A stretch of DNA of 64,000 bases, taken from assembly GCF_006345805.1 (NCBI RefSeq), contig NC_043003.1, positions 22,816,001 to 22,880,000 on the forward strand. The letters are read 5' to 3'. This DNA comes from Octopus sinensis (Eukaryota). Positions 36,972 through 49,547 of this stretch are shown in pieces (position 1 is the stretch's first letter; every line of letters starts with the position of its first letter). Below the pieces are notes generated by a model that saw only the letters and a program-made list of their open reading frames with translations, did not search any database and was not told the origin of the DNA. Both the position numbers and the translations under genes were made by a program.

Positions 36972-37888
36972 TAATAATAATAATGGTGATGATGATGATG
37001 ATTATGATGATGATGATGATTATGATGATGATATGATGATGATGATGATGATGGCGGTGCTGGTGGTGATGAACCGTTCTTTTGAGTATTATTTTGTTTT
37101 GTTGTTTTTTGATATCAAAGCAGACATACGATCAAAGGTATCTTTTATCAACTGTGTACTCACATCAATAGATTACGTGGGGATTAAATAAACAATATAT
37201 CGTTACAAAATACAGAAGTTAGCGAACGTAAGAATAGACAATTGGAAAGAGTAAATTAAAAGAATAGAATAGATATTCAGCATGTTGAAACAAATAAAAT
37301 AGTCCAGATGATAGTATCTAACGTTTCTTGAAAAAAATTGGCAATAATGATAATAAGAATAGCGTATGAGGATTAAAAGCAACGCAAATTGTGAGCAAAC
37401 ATTACTGCAAACACTGGAAAACTTAAAATGAAATATAAAATATATCCGCTTGAAGTAATGAAAACGTGTGGCTTAATGATCTGGGTGTTGAGCTCATGAT
37501 TACGATCATATATGCGCCGGTTCGATTTCTGGATTGGGTAGGGTGATTGTGTTCTCCGTAGTCTACAGGATTCAGAATGGGAGAACGAGAGACTACATAA
37601 GTACCTAAGATATTTAACGAAAGCAAAGTACATGTTTGCAAGTTATATTTGCTTCCCAGTGACGGACGGCTAAGAAGATATATAACGTTACAGAAAATAA
37701 ATCGCTCCTTTCTGAATAACGTCTTTGTTGAAGCTTCGGTGTGATTGCAGCCAAGTTCTTAGAAATCACATCCTACATGTTGGTAAAGAAGGTAGGACAG
37801 ATAAAAGAAAAAGATGACATACCTTTCGCTATAGATCTCTTTAATCAGGACTGACCTAGAGTTGAGCAATAACACGTACAAATCCTAT

Positions 37889-38283
37889 GGATGGATGGAT
37901 GGAAGCACTCCGTCGATTACGACGACGAGGGTTCCAGTTGATCCGAATCAACGGAACAGCCTGCTCGTGAAATTAACGTGTAAGTGGCTGAGCACTCCAT
38001 AGACACATGTACCCTTAACGTAGTTCTCGGGGATATTCAGCGTGACACAGAGAGTGACAAGGCCGGCCCTTTGAAATACAGGTACAACAGAAACAGGAAG
38101 TAAGAGTGAGAGAAATTTGTGGTGAAAGAGTACAGCAGGGATCACCACCATCCCTGCCGGAGCCTCGTGGAGCTTTAGGTGTTTTCGCTCAATAAACACT
38201 CACAACGCCCGGTCTGGGAATCGAAACCGCGATCCTATGACTGCGAGTCCGCTGCCCTAACCACTGGGCCATTGCGCCTCCAC
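37889..38283 (-). mobile_element. SINE head C with tail 1, full length, 11 bp TSD
   Basis: ACAAATCCTAT at 37878-37888 and 38284-38294; (CCAT)n tail. Confidence 0.95.
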
Positions 38284-38547
38284 ACAAATCCTATACTATA
38301 ACGCACAATGGGAACATTGTTATTAATGTATCCACTACACAAAATATCATTTTGGAAATCAATTTCAAAATCTAAGCTATAACATATAACAAAACTACAG
38401 TTAATTAAAGGGTATCCACATTGAAATATCTTACATGAGGCCTGCTTTAAATGTTTTGCAGAACGAAAAGAGTGTCCTGGTATTCACAACTGCTAAAACT
38501 ATTAGTGGTTGCCTGCATTATATTGCCTGGGAAACATATACGTTGAT

Positions 38548-38605
<58 letters not shown>

Positions 38606-38660
38606 CATAATAATAATAATGATGATAATAATAATAATAATGATAATAATAATAATAATA

Positions 38661-39232
38661 ATGCCCTGATGCAGTAATGCCCTGATGCAGTACCAGGCAG
38701 TGGTTCTCATGGCTTCTGATCTTAACTGATTGGAAGTGTTATCATGTACATTGTTTTGTCTTGGTATAAAAGATGGGCTACAGCAAATATTCTGCTCAAT
38801 ACCACAGATTTGCTTGTCAGTTGTTTGACCTTAACCAGTTGAGCATGTCCCTTAGTGGCTGACGATATGTGCATCTCTGATCACGAGCAGAAGTAGTGGG
38901 GGAGCATCATAGCCATGTGTTGAGAGGGATTCTTTGGGGTTTGAATAGTTCACCTCTGGAAACATGGGTGGTTCTTTCAACATCCTTAAACAACCCTTAT
39001 TCAGGGACCGTTTGAGCTGGATGGGCAACTCAACCTGAAGAAAATTCTAACTGGGCCCCACCTGCAAGGTCATGTGCTGTTTATCTTGATATGAGATCAT
39101 CATGTCGCGCACATATGGTTGTGATGCATGTGCCTGGTGTACCTTTATCAGACGGGAAGTCATGATGGATATATTGGGCTTCGTATATTTTACCCCAGTG
39201 TCACTTTCATGGCATGAACTGCTCTCTCACTC
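38661..39232 (+). mobile_element. TAA-flanked non-coding element, copy 2 (longer)
   Basis: Starts with ATGCCCTGATGCAGTA twice (38661, 38677) and ends CTCACTC-AATAAT; (TAA)n on both sides. Confidence 0.85.
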
Positions 39233-39239
39233 AATAATA

Positions 39240-39291
<52 letters not shown>

Positions 39292-39432
39292 TAATAATAA
39301 TAATAATTCTTTAAAATTTAGCCAAAAGGTCAGTAATGTTGGTATTATTAGTTGATGTCATTGGTGCTTGTATTTGGTATCGACTAGTACACCACCTTTA
39401 AAATTATTGGCCTAAATCAGAAACTATTATTG

Positions 39433-39436
<4 letters not shown>

Positions 39437-39531
<95 letters not shown>

Positions 39532-39596
39532 CATTATTAAAAATTGATGATAATAAAACTGTTGTTGTTCTTGTTGAAGATGATGATGATTATGAA

Positions 39597-39631
<35 letters not shown>

Positions 39632-39640
39632 CGATGATGA
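39437..39640. repeat. (ATT)n and (GAT)n microsatellites
   Basis: Direct reading. Confidence 0.9.
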
Positions 39641-39797
39641 TTTCACACTGAGATGTTAAGAACAATCGGCCAGATATTGTTGTCGTAGACTATCAGGAAA
39701 TGAAATACCTCTTGATAGCTATATCCATTCCAACAGACAACAAAAGAAAGAGAAAAATTATCCAAATAGAAATATCTGGAAATAGCAAAAATAAGTC

Positions 39798-39838
39798 GGG
39801 GGGGCTGTGGGGGGTGGGGGGGCTGGAGGGGCTGGGGG
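39798..39838 (+). other. Strong G-quadruplex-forming motif
   Basis: G7-ctgt-G6-t-G7-ctgga-G4-ct-G5. Confidence 0.75.
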
Positions 39839-40295
39839 TGAAAACAGAAGCTATCCATCCCAATATTGATATTAGGAATAGGTGTCTTGGGAATGATTAA
39901 AGAAAATATTATGGAGACAAATACACAACGAACATTTCAAAACTTACACACATATACACATATAAACATAACGACAATGGTAGAGGAAATAGCTCTACCT
40001 GGCACCAACCAAATATTACGCATAGCGTTTTAAATACAATAGAAATAATAAAATCAAATAGAAACACTGTACGCACCCAAGACAATCGTTTGTGCAGTGA
40101 ATAAATAAAAACGGTATTGGTAGTGGTGGTGGTGGTGGTGGTGGTGATGGTGATGATGATAATGATGATGGTGGTGGTGGTAGTAGTGATTTTGGTCATG
40201 ATGACGATGAGGATGGTGGTGGGGAAGATGGTGGTGGTTGTGGTGATAATGATAATAATAATGGTGATGGTGATGGTGGTGGTGGTGGTGGAGGT

Positions 40296-40885
40296 GCACG
40301 CTACGCGAAATGCTAAGCGGTATTTCATCTGGCATTACGTTCTGAGTTCAAATTCCTCCGAGATCAACTTTGCCTTTCATCCTTTCGGGGTCGATTATAT
40401 AAGTACCAATAACGCACTGGGATCAATATAATCGACTTAATCCGTCTGTCTGTCATTGTTTGTCCTCTCTGTGTTTGGCCCCTTGCGGACAATAAAGAAA
40501 TAAGAAACTTTAGCACGCCGGACGAAATGCTTAGCGCTATTTCGTCTGTCTTTACGTTCTGAGTTCAAATTCCGCCGAGGTCGACTTTGCCTTTCATCCT
40601 TTCGGGGGGATAAATTTAGTACCAGTTACGCACTGGGGTCGATGTAATCGACTTAATACCTATGTCTGTCCTTGTTTGTCCCCTCTATGTTTAGCCCCTT
40701 GTGGTTAATAAAGAAATCGGTATTCCGTCTGTCTTTACGTTCTGAGTTCAAATTCCGCCGAGGTCGACTTTGCCTTTCATCTTTTCGGGATCGAGAAATT
40801 AAGTCCCAATTGCGTACTGGGGTCGATCTAATCGTCTGGCTCCCTACCCCCAAATTTCGGCCCTTGTGCCTTGAGTAGAAAATAA
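40296..40885 (+). mobile_element. SINE family A trimer with two junction types and mixed tails
   Basis: Unit 2 joins at AAGAAAC/tttagcacg (about 40504) and unit 3 at GGTATT (about 40719). Unit 3 carries the A2-type tail (ccccaaatttcggcccttgtgcc). Confidence 0.9.
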
Positions 40886-41336
40886 TACTTATATCATCAA
40901 CTCCAAAAGTATGAAACCCAAAGTCAATCTTGAAGCGTGATGGTGGTTGTAACAGATGATAGCGTTGGTGGCAGATATTGAAAGCAACCATGATTTACAA
41001 GTATGGTTTATTTAAAAAAGGAACCCTATCCCTCCCATATGAATATCAGTAATGGATATTTCAGCAATGGTGGATTGGGGAGTAATACTTCTAGAGTTTT
41101 GTTGCTCATAACTTTTCTTAGCACCTGTTTACTTGCTTCTCGTCCATGAATTATTTCTTGTTGTTATTTTGTTACAATTTTTTTTCGTTGTGGCGATGGT
41201 GGTTGTCGTCTGTTGTGATCTTAAACAGTCTACGTGTCGCTGAGAAAACAAACAACGGATTGTCTTTTCTGGAAGATTGAATTTCTTGAGTTCAAATGGT
41301 TGATTTACGTCAACATTTATAAGTATTCAATTACAG

Positions 41337-41400
<64 letters not shown>

Positions 41401-41544
41401 CATGCCGTCGCAGGCACAAACATAACTACATATACACAGGCATACGCGGCACACACACACGTACGCATAAACACAAGCGCTAAACCGCATGTACGTACTC
41501 AAGCAATCAAACACAAACCAACAAGAAGAGAGCACTTTGCAGGT

Positions 41545-41828
41545 TCCTCGACCTACAAAAATAGTAACCAAATCCTCCTCAAATCCCAAACTAGCGTTAG
41601 CAAGAAATAAGGGACGATATGCTACACAATGTTGTCCCTGATAAGAAAGGATGGTCATAGCCGGAACGCCATTGATCATTGATTTGTTTGATCCTCGACC
41701 TACAAGAAATAGTAACCAAATTCTTCTTCAGATCCCAAACTAGCGTCAGCAAGAAAAAACGGACGAATATGCTACATAATGTTGTCCTTGATAAGAAAAG
41801 ATGGTCATATCTGGAACGCCATTGATCA
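41545..41828 (+). repeat. Tandem duplication (about 147 bp period) of a family E repeat
   Basis: tcctcgacctacaa..aatagtaaccaaat..atcccaaactagcg..ggaacgccattgatca twice. Confidence 0.9.
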
Positions 41829-42616
41829 CGGATTTACTAGATCAATGCTAAATTTGCAGCTGAACAACAATAAAACGATCTAAAACAACGAAGAGACCAT
41901 ACTGATGCGCACACACACGCCCGTGCGCATACACACACACAGAAACATACACAGACACACACACACAGACACACACTCTCTCTCTCAGGCACGCAGACAC
42001 ACATACACATACACACACACACGTGATAGTAACTAAATACGTATCTGTGAATCAATGCTCAATAGTGTTATATGAGTTTGAAAGTTATATGTTTTCTGAC
42101 GTAAGTATACCCATGATGGCTATCCACTCGATTTTTGTATGTCACCTACTTTCGATCCGTGTCAGCCCCATTTGCAATTTTTTTAACCCCAAGGTGACCC
42201 CTTAATGTCCTCCAACGAATGATAGTCTTAAGTTCTATGCCTCCTATGATTGAATAGTTCCGGCATCATAAAGTTGTGCATGTCAGCAAAATCCCAGCAA
42301 AAATCTCTTCACCAAGTGATTTTAAAATAAACATCTTCGGTGATAACCGCACAAGAACGATACGTCGACAATAAGCACTTGTTTGTGAGTATATTTAGAG
42401 GAAATTGAGCTTGCACTGTACGTAAGGCGAGAAGGCACGCACACTCTGGCAGACACTCGTACATACACACACATCTGTATTAAAGAAACATGTACGCCCA
42501 TAACATGAATGCAACACGTACACCTACACCAATGTACACATTAACTCGCCTTCTCACAACTATGAAACCTATTTGACTCATACACAAGGACTTTAATCAT
42601 TTTCTTAGTCGCATAT

Positions 42617-42849
42617 TACTCTTTACTCTCTTTACTCTTTTATTTAATTCAGTCATTTGACTGCGGCCATGATGGAGCACCGCCTTCTAGTCGAGCAAAT
42701 CGACACCCAGGACTTATTCTTTGTAAGCCTAGCACTTATTCTATCGGTCTCTTTGGCCGAACCATTAAGTTACAAGGACGTAAACACACCAGCATCGGTT
42801 GTCAAGCGAGGTTGGGGGGGAGCAAACACTGACACACAAACATACACAG

Positions 42850-42932
<83 letters not shown>

Positions 42933-43100
42933 CATATATACGACGGGCTTTCAGTTTCCGTCTACCAAATCCACTCACAAGGCTTTGGTCGGCCCGAGGC
43001 TATAGTAGAATACACTTGCCCAAGGTGCCACGCAGTGGGACTGAACCCGGAATCATGTGGCTGGTAAGCAAGATACTTACCATACAGCCACTCCTCTGCC
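42617..43100 (-). mobile_element. SINE family B, full length
   Basis: Reverse complement of head, body, (TA)n spacer and tail. Confidence 0.9.
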
Positions 43101-43249
43101 TATTTGAATTTTACGAAGAAGAATTAAATTCTTCTGGGAGTATAACGTATGTGCAAAGCTATTTGAGCTCGGCAGATCAATAATTGCCTAGGGCAGAAAA
43201 ACAGCAAATATGCACAGTGGCACATATCAGTCGTTATCGTTCTGTAGAA

Positions 43250-43910
43250 GTTACAACAATGTTAAACACCTCTTATACTTATACTTTAAATCCATCGTGG
43301 CATCAGAATGACTTTTTAAACCAGAGAATGTTTTGAAAAAATACCCATATAGATTGCATATCTGACTTGGACCACCAAGAGCTGCAGTTAAGTTCTGATC
43401 TTTGAGGATCTTAAAATGTCTTTTGAGGCTTCCGTTAGATTTGCAGACCTTATGGCATACATGACATTCAAAAATGTGCACAGATACATAGGCAAAGTAG
43501 TTGGTGGAGGTTCATTTTTCATGGGTCTTCTAATGAGATTTGAACCCAGCAAAAGAAAGGCATGGCTTGTCACGAACTGTTGCACACAAAAAGGTCACTG
43601 AGATTCACCTTTTCGTTGATCGTAACATTCTTCTTTAAATATCTCTTGAGTCCTGCATGTGTCTTCCTGGCCTCCACAAGGACTTTCACTCCACTTCATA
43701 CTTTTACTCACCATCCAGCTCGATCCGAAACAGGGGTTTTTGTGGCCTGTGTGTCCATTCTAAGTGACTTCATGGTAGTCCTTATGCCCTCCTTAAATCT
43801 CTTTCTAAGTTTACACTGATTACATTCCCCTCCGCAAGCTCGCCATAAAACAAGCTGTTTGGGTGTGCGTTCATCCGCCATTCGAACTATATGGCCAGAC
43901 TATCTCATTT
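43250..43910 (-). pseudogene. RTE-clade LINE 3' fragment with C-terminal C2H2-like fingers
   Basis: GHIVRMADERTPKQL.FYGEL..RKRFKEG..DRAGW (RTE post-RT domain), then FECHVCHKVCKSNGSLKRHF and a second degenerate finger ICNL...FKTFSGLKSH. Confidence 0.8.
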
Positions 43911-44466
43911 GATTTTTTCAGAATCATTAATTTAATTGAAGTGATACTTACTGACGCAAAGACTTCTGTGTCTGGAGTAAAAAAAATCCCCGTTTAATAT
44001 TTAAATACATACATACATAAATACATATATATACATACATGCACACGCACCTTTTACATACATGAATACATACACATATACAGGTAAGCCAATCACATTT
44101 GAAGCACACACAGACACACACACACAATCATTCACAAGCATATACATATCAAATATTGCCCAGAGGGTACATAACTATTACTATTACACAAATGACTATT
44201 CAATTTCAATCGTACGAGCCATCGAAAGATCACGTATGAGGTGACTAGACTTGCTAAAAATAGCGCCCACGTACTTCTAATGTTACAATATATTCTTAAA
44301 AAAGAATTCACTGGACAATATCATCTTACACATACTATACGATGTGTAAGAAATAGACGGCATTATTACGAGTGAGATATCTTTAATCATGAATGCCTAC
44401 TAGACTAAGGATGGCCTAGAAATAGACAAGAGCAACCAGGACATTCGTACCACTGTCTTACAAACG

Positions 44467-44530
<64 letters not shown>

Positions 44531-44807
44531 CACACACACACACAAACACACACATGTACGGCTATGAAGAAGTTCATTCTTGCTAACTTTAAAATATTTG
44601 CTGGCCAGATTTTGTGAAGATCAGTACAGACATTCCAGACTTGTACTACGCATCTCATGAAGCAACATTAGAAGCAAGATCCTTGAAATTCAGTTCATCA
44701 ACATGACTCCCGTCTTCACGCGTGGCCAATATAATGTAGGCGTTCACCGTTTGATGCGTGTCTGATGAAGTGTCACTCTTGTGCATGACACTCTAATTAC
44801 GATTGCT

Positions 44808-45050
44808 TTACTCTTTTACTTGTTTCAGTTTTTTTACTGCGGTCATGCTGAGACACCATCGTAAATAATTTTAGTCGAAGAAATTGGCTCCAGAAGTTAT
44901 GATTTGCAAGCCTAGTACTTATTCTATCGGTAACATTTGGCGAACCGCTATGATACAGGGACGTAAACACACCAGCATCGGTTGCCAAGCGATGGTGATG
45001 GGGACAAATGCAGACACAAAGACACAGACATATAAAAAATATGCATACAT
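44808..45050 (-). mobile_element. SINE family B 3' half, older
   Basis: tacttgtttcag..cggtcatgctg..agtacttattctatcgg..ccagcatcggttgccaagcgatgg. Confidence 0.75.
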
Positions 45051-45247
45051 ATATAAACAAGTAAAACTGACGGACAACACAAGGACACACACACAAAAAA
45101 TTAGTTTGCGGATCGGAGAAATGAGGCAGTTTGACGTCTCAAATACAGCTCTTCGTCGAAGACGAGAGAGGGAGAAGTGCAAAGACGGAAAAGAAAACCC
45201 CAACAGCACGTGTGAGGTTACATTGGTCGCCTCTCTCTATATATATA

Positions 45248-45512
45248 CATCCCGGTGATCACCGTGACCGACCAGGCTATCAGATGTTGCTACACATCGC
45301 TGATTACAATGCACGTCGAATTGTTTAGCCTTCAAATGACGCCATCCCGCTGACTAAGCGAGCAGGCCAACAGAAGAAAGGGTGAAGGAAAGTTGTGGCG
45401 AAAGAGTACAGCAGGGATCGCCCGCTGCCGGAGCCTCGTGGAGCTTTAGGTGTTTTTGCTCAACAAACACTCACATTATCCAGTCTGGGGATCGAAACCG
45501 CAATCCTACATC
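45248..45512 (-). mobile_element. SINE head C with a different tail (tail 2)
   Basis: Family C body (gagtacagcagggatc..gccggagcctcgtggagc) joined to accgtgaccgaccaggctatcagatgttgctacacatcgctg. Confidence 0.8.
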
Positions 45513-45645
45513 CAGGGCATCGAACTTCTAAAGTATCTTTAAAATACAGTATTTTGTAAAAGCTTTTGTTGGGAGTCGGAAATCAATCGTCTTATTTTAA
45601 ATATCTATTGCACAGCTTTCATTAATACACCATCACTTCACAGAT

Positions 45646-46026
45646 GTTGTGGCACTCCGTCGGTTACGACGACGAGGGTTCCAGTTGATCCGATCAACGG
45701 AACAGGTTGCTCGTGAAATTAACGTGCAAGTGGCTGAGCACTCTACAGGCACGTGTACCGTTAACGTAGTTCTCGGGGAGATTCAGTGTGACACAATGTG
45801 TGACAAGGCTGGCCCTTTGAAATACAGGTACAACAGAAACAGGAAGAGTGAGAGAAAGTTGTGGTGAAAGAGTACAGCAAGGCTCGCCACCATACCCCGC
45901 GGGAGCCTTGTGGAGTATTAGATGCTTCCGCTCAATAAATACTCACAACGTCCGGTCCGGGAATCGAAACCGCCATCCTATGACCGCGAGTCAGCTGCCC
46001 TAACAACTGGGCCATTGCGCCTCCAC
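45646..46026 (-). mobile_element. SINE head C with tail 1, full length, 11-12 bp TSD
   Basis: ACTTCACAGAT at 45635-45645 and 46027-46037. Confidence 0.95.
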
Positions 46027-46084
46027 ACTTCACAGATATACTCTAAAGGACATTTATACGCAGAGATATATAGAAATCTAAACG

Positions 46085-46140
<56 letters not shown>

Positions 46141-46625
46141 ATACACACATGCTAACACCGTGTAATACGCATACATATACCACCCAATATACACATATGT
46201 ATGTATATATGTATGTATGCATATATGTATGTATGTATATAATATATATATATATATATGTAAATATATATATATATATGTAAATATATATATATATATG
46301 TAAATATATATATATATTATAATATATAATATGTATATACATATGTATATATATATACATATATATATAATGTATATATATATATGTATATATATACATA
46401 ATATATATAATATGTATATATAATATGTATATATATGTAATATATATATGTATATATGTATATATATATGTATATATATATATATAACACATACATATAC
46501 ACATAATACATACACCTTCATAAATACATTTATGCACATATACACACACATACATACATAAATACATAGATACATACATACATACATACATACATACATA
46601 CATACATACATACATACATACATGT
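46085..46625. repeat. Long compound (TA)n/(ATGT)n/(ATAC)n tract
   Basis: Direct reading. Confidence 0.9.
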
Positions 46626-47605
46626 AATTATAGATATGAAGTCTTATTTTCGTTCATAATTACACCCTTCAATAAAATCCAAAAGAAGCATACCCTGCCC
46701 TGAGAGGATACATTCAAGCAGGCAATTTAAAATTATTGGAATACTGGAATAATTTATAGCCCGGAGTGACAAATTAATATATACCTAAAGCACGTAGTTA
46801 TTGGTTTCAATGCCAGAATTTGTGGCAGACACCTGTATATTCAATTAAATGCGGGTGGCCAAATTGGTAATGTTCTAACCTATTATTAGCCAACCGTTTC
46901 GTACCCTGAGACCGATAATTTCCTGAGTACATACTTAAAACATATTAACACGGCTCCGTAGATTCTGGTTAGATTTACGTGCGAGGCATCCTGTGTGTGT
47001 AGCTTGATAATGTTTGAGGTGATTGGGAAGAAAAAGGAACCTAAGCGATTGAATTCATGTCTTGAAACCCGTATTTATCAACCACATCTTGTTTAGAGCC
47101 TCGATAACTAAAAAGCGTTGCAGACCTTGAGTTCAACCCTGTATTACCTGTATATATTCATCTGAATTGAATAGACAAACTTCAAAGGGCATAAAGTAAA
47201 TCATCTCATAGCATTATGAGGCTCGAGTTCACCCCGATATATAACAAGTATACATTTCACCTGAATTGAATAGATCAATCGTAAAATATATTCTGAAAAT
47301 GATATTGTGTATAGGAGCAGGCGTGGCTGTGTGGTTACAAAGCTTAATTTGCAGCCATGTGGTTCGAGCATGGCACCTTAGGCAAGTGTTGGGGCTACTA
47401 TAGCCCCAGACTGATCAATACCTGGTGAGTGAATTTGGTAGACGGAAATTATGCAATCCCTTCGTATATGTGGTTGTGTGAGAGAGTGTTTGTGTGTTTG
47501 TGTATGTGTGTGATTTAATATTTCGCTTAGGCATTGTGTGACCAATAACCCGATGTAGAACTCAATATACTTCATAACGAAGTGTTAGCTGAGTATAAAG
47601 CGGTA

Positions 47606-47924
47606 ATAAGAGAGATGATAAAAGAATAAATGATTATCTTATGAACTTTATTAGCTTACAGCTGTTTCTGCTGTTAGATATAGTGGACTCATAACTGAGT
47701 ACCTGAATAACACCTTATAACTTCATCAGAGCCTTGAATATAAAGTGGCAATTTAATTGGGAAAGAATTACATTTGTGAAATTCTTTTCCAAATAAATTG
47801 CACTATGAGCTATAAAGTGTTTTTCAGATACTCAACTATGAGGCCACTGCATCTCAAACCAGAGACAGCTGTAAGCTAGTGAAGTTCATAAGGTAATCAT
47901 TTATTCTGCTGTCATCTCCCTTAT
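47606..47924. mobile_element. Palindromic non-autonomous element; arms carry hammerhead-like motifs (probably inverted Penelope-type terminal repeats)
   Basis: Arms about 80% identical, with an inner hairpin GCAATTTAATTGGGAAAGAATT/AATTCTTTTCCAAATAAATTGC. The minus strand of the left arm reads GGCT-CTGATGA-long helix II-GAAAC-AGCT-GTA-AGCT. Confidence 0.8.
47653..47733 (-). ncRNA. Hammerhead-like motif with palindromic helix III (ACAGCTGT)
   Basis: CTGATGA at 47729-47723, GAAAC at 47668-47664, GTA at 47659-47657, helix I GGCT/AGCT. Seven extra nt between helix II and GAAA make the fold imperfect. Confidence 0.45.
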
Positions 47925-49547
47925 ATATATAGAAAGTAAGTGCCTTTGTTTTAGTGGTTGTTCCCCTACCTCTTGACAACCGGTGTTGGTCTATTTACGT
48001 CGCTGTTATCTAGCGAGTCGACATAAGTGACTGATAGAATAAATAATAGCAGACTTGAGAAAAATAAGTTTCTAAGGCGATTTGTTGGACTAAAATCCAT
48101 GGAGTTAATACTTCAGCAAGGCTGCAAATTCAATGGCGGAATCAAGTAAGAGATAAATTTCATGCGCAAAACTAAACGTCTATCGCACTCTTTTGGTTGT
48201 AAAATATTATTCCTCCCAACTCCTCCATTATTTATTTCAGCATATGATTCCCACTGTGGTTTGAAAGAAAGGGCGGTGTGTTAGCAGGAAACGTGAAGGA
48301 ATGATAACAAAGCATCGTTAGAACGTAGGAGAAAATGCCTTGAAGCATTTCTCCCGGCTCTTCTGAGTTCATTACCTTTCACTGGCTTGGGGTTTGATAA
48401 AATAAAGTACCAGTCAAGTACAGGAGTTTGGAATCGATGGTATTGACTAACCTCCAATTAGAAACTTTTATACTTCTATAGAGAAGCATTCTGTTACTCA
48501 GTTATTTGCTTTGTTTTTGTCTTTTTACTAGGGACCACTATCCGAAACATCAAAACTATGCTGTATCTTCCTTACAGTGTAAAAATATCAAAATTAACAG
48601 AAATCAGCCTGTATCTTATTGACAGAAGGTGAAGGTTTAGGTTCAAGAAAGGGCCTACCAAAAATTAAGGTACATTTTATAAGCTCATTTGCTTTATTAC
48701 CCAATCCGTCAAATATAGTAAATATTTTGTACATATGTTCATAGTTTTGCCGTTGGTTATTTTTCATGTTAAATTGTTATTTTTTTCTTGAAAACTTTTG
48801 GCCATTTTCAACATCTGCATGTTACAGTACTACTACCACTTCTAATTTCTACAAGTCACCACTTGTATGCTATGTTACTAAATTAACCAATATTGTTAAA
48901 TTGCATCAGAATTTTTTCTCACATCGTTCACAGCAAGATCGAAAAAAAAGAAAGAAAGATAAAGAAGAAAACGGGGTTTCTATGCAATCTGCTGGCTTTC
49001 ACGTTTAAGCAATTCATTGAAATTATTCAATAACACGTTAAGTTACAACAAAAGCAGGAATATATGGGGATCGAAGATGTTAGCAACGTCATCAGCAACA
49101 AGTGTAAATGCAGCGGCAGCGGAAACAACAACAACAACAACAACCAGAGCGGCGGTAACAAGAACAACAGAGACAACGGCAGCAAAAATAACAACTGTAA
49201 CAAGAGTGAAACACCAAAAACAGCAACCGCAGCAAAAACAACAACAACAACAGCCGCAACTGTTGTAAAAACAGCAGCAAAAAGAGCAACACTAAAAAAT
49301 AGCAACGCCATCAAAAACAACAACAACTACAGCAGCAATAACAACAACTACGAAACGTGCGGCAGCAACAAAATACAAGCAAGACAGCAACAATGATAAC
49401 AACAACAACAACAGCAACTACAATAAAAACAACTGCAACAACTAAAACAACAATAACAATAACTAATAACGAAGGTTTTCACTAAAACAAGAACATCAGC
49501 AGCACAATGGCAATAACAGCTAGCATAACAACAACAACAACAGCAGT

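Larger units (their letters stand above)
47313..48160 (+). mobile_element. Old SINE B-related host split by the palindromic element
   Basis: Head gcaggcgtggctgtgtgg..ccttaggcaagtgtt..gaatttggtagacggaaa at 47313-47460; 3' half ttgacaaccggtgttgg..gatagaataa..gatttgttggactaa at 47950-48160. Confidence 0.65.

Noticed and set aside
44585-44650. Possible Helentron/DINE-1-like motif
   Set aside because: Only a short fuzzy resemblance, with no subterminal repeats or hairpin identifiable.
44755-44805. CTGATGA followed by a 7 bp hairpin (AGTGTCA/TGACACT) as a hammerhead
   Set aside because: No GAAA, helix III or helix I; at most a relic cut by the adjacent SINE.
47128-47281. Imperfect direct repeat (gagttca..ctgaattgaataga twice)
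   Set aside because: Short, AT-rich and diverged; I could not assign it or exclude a trivial local duplication.
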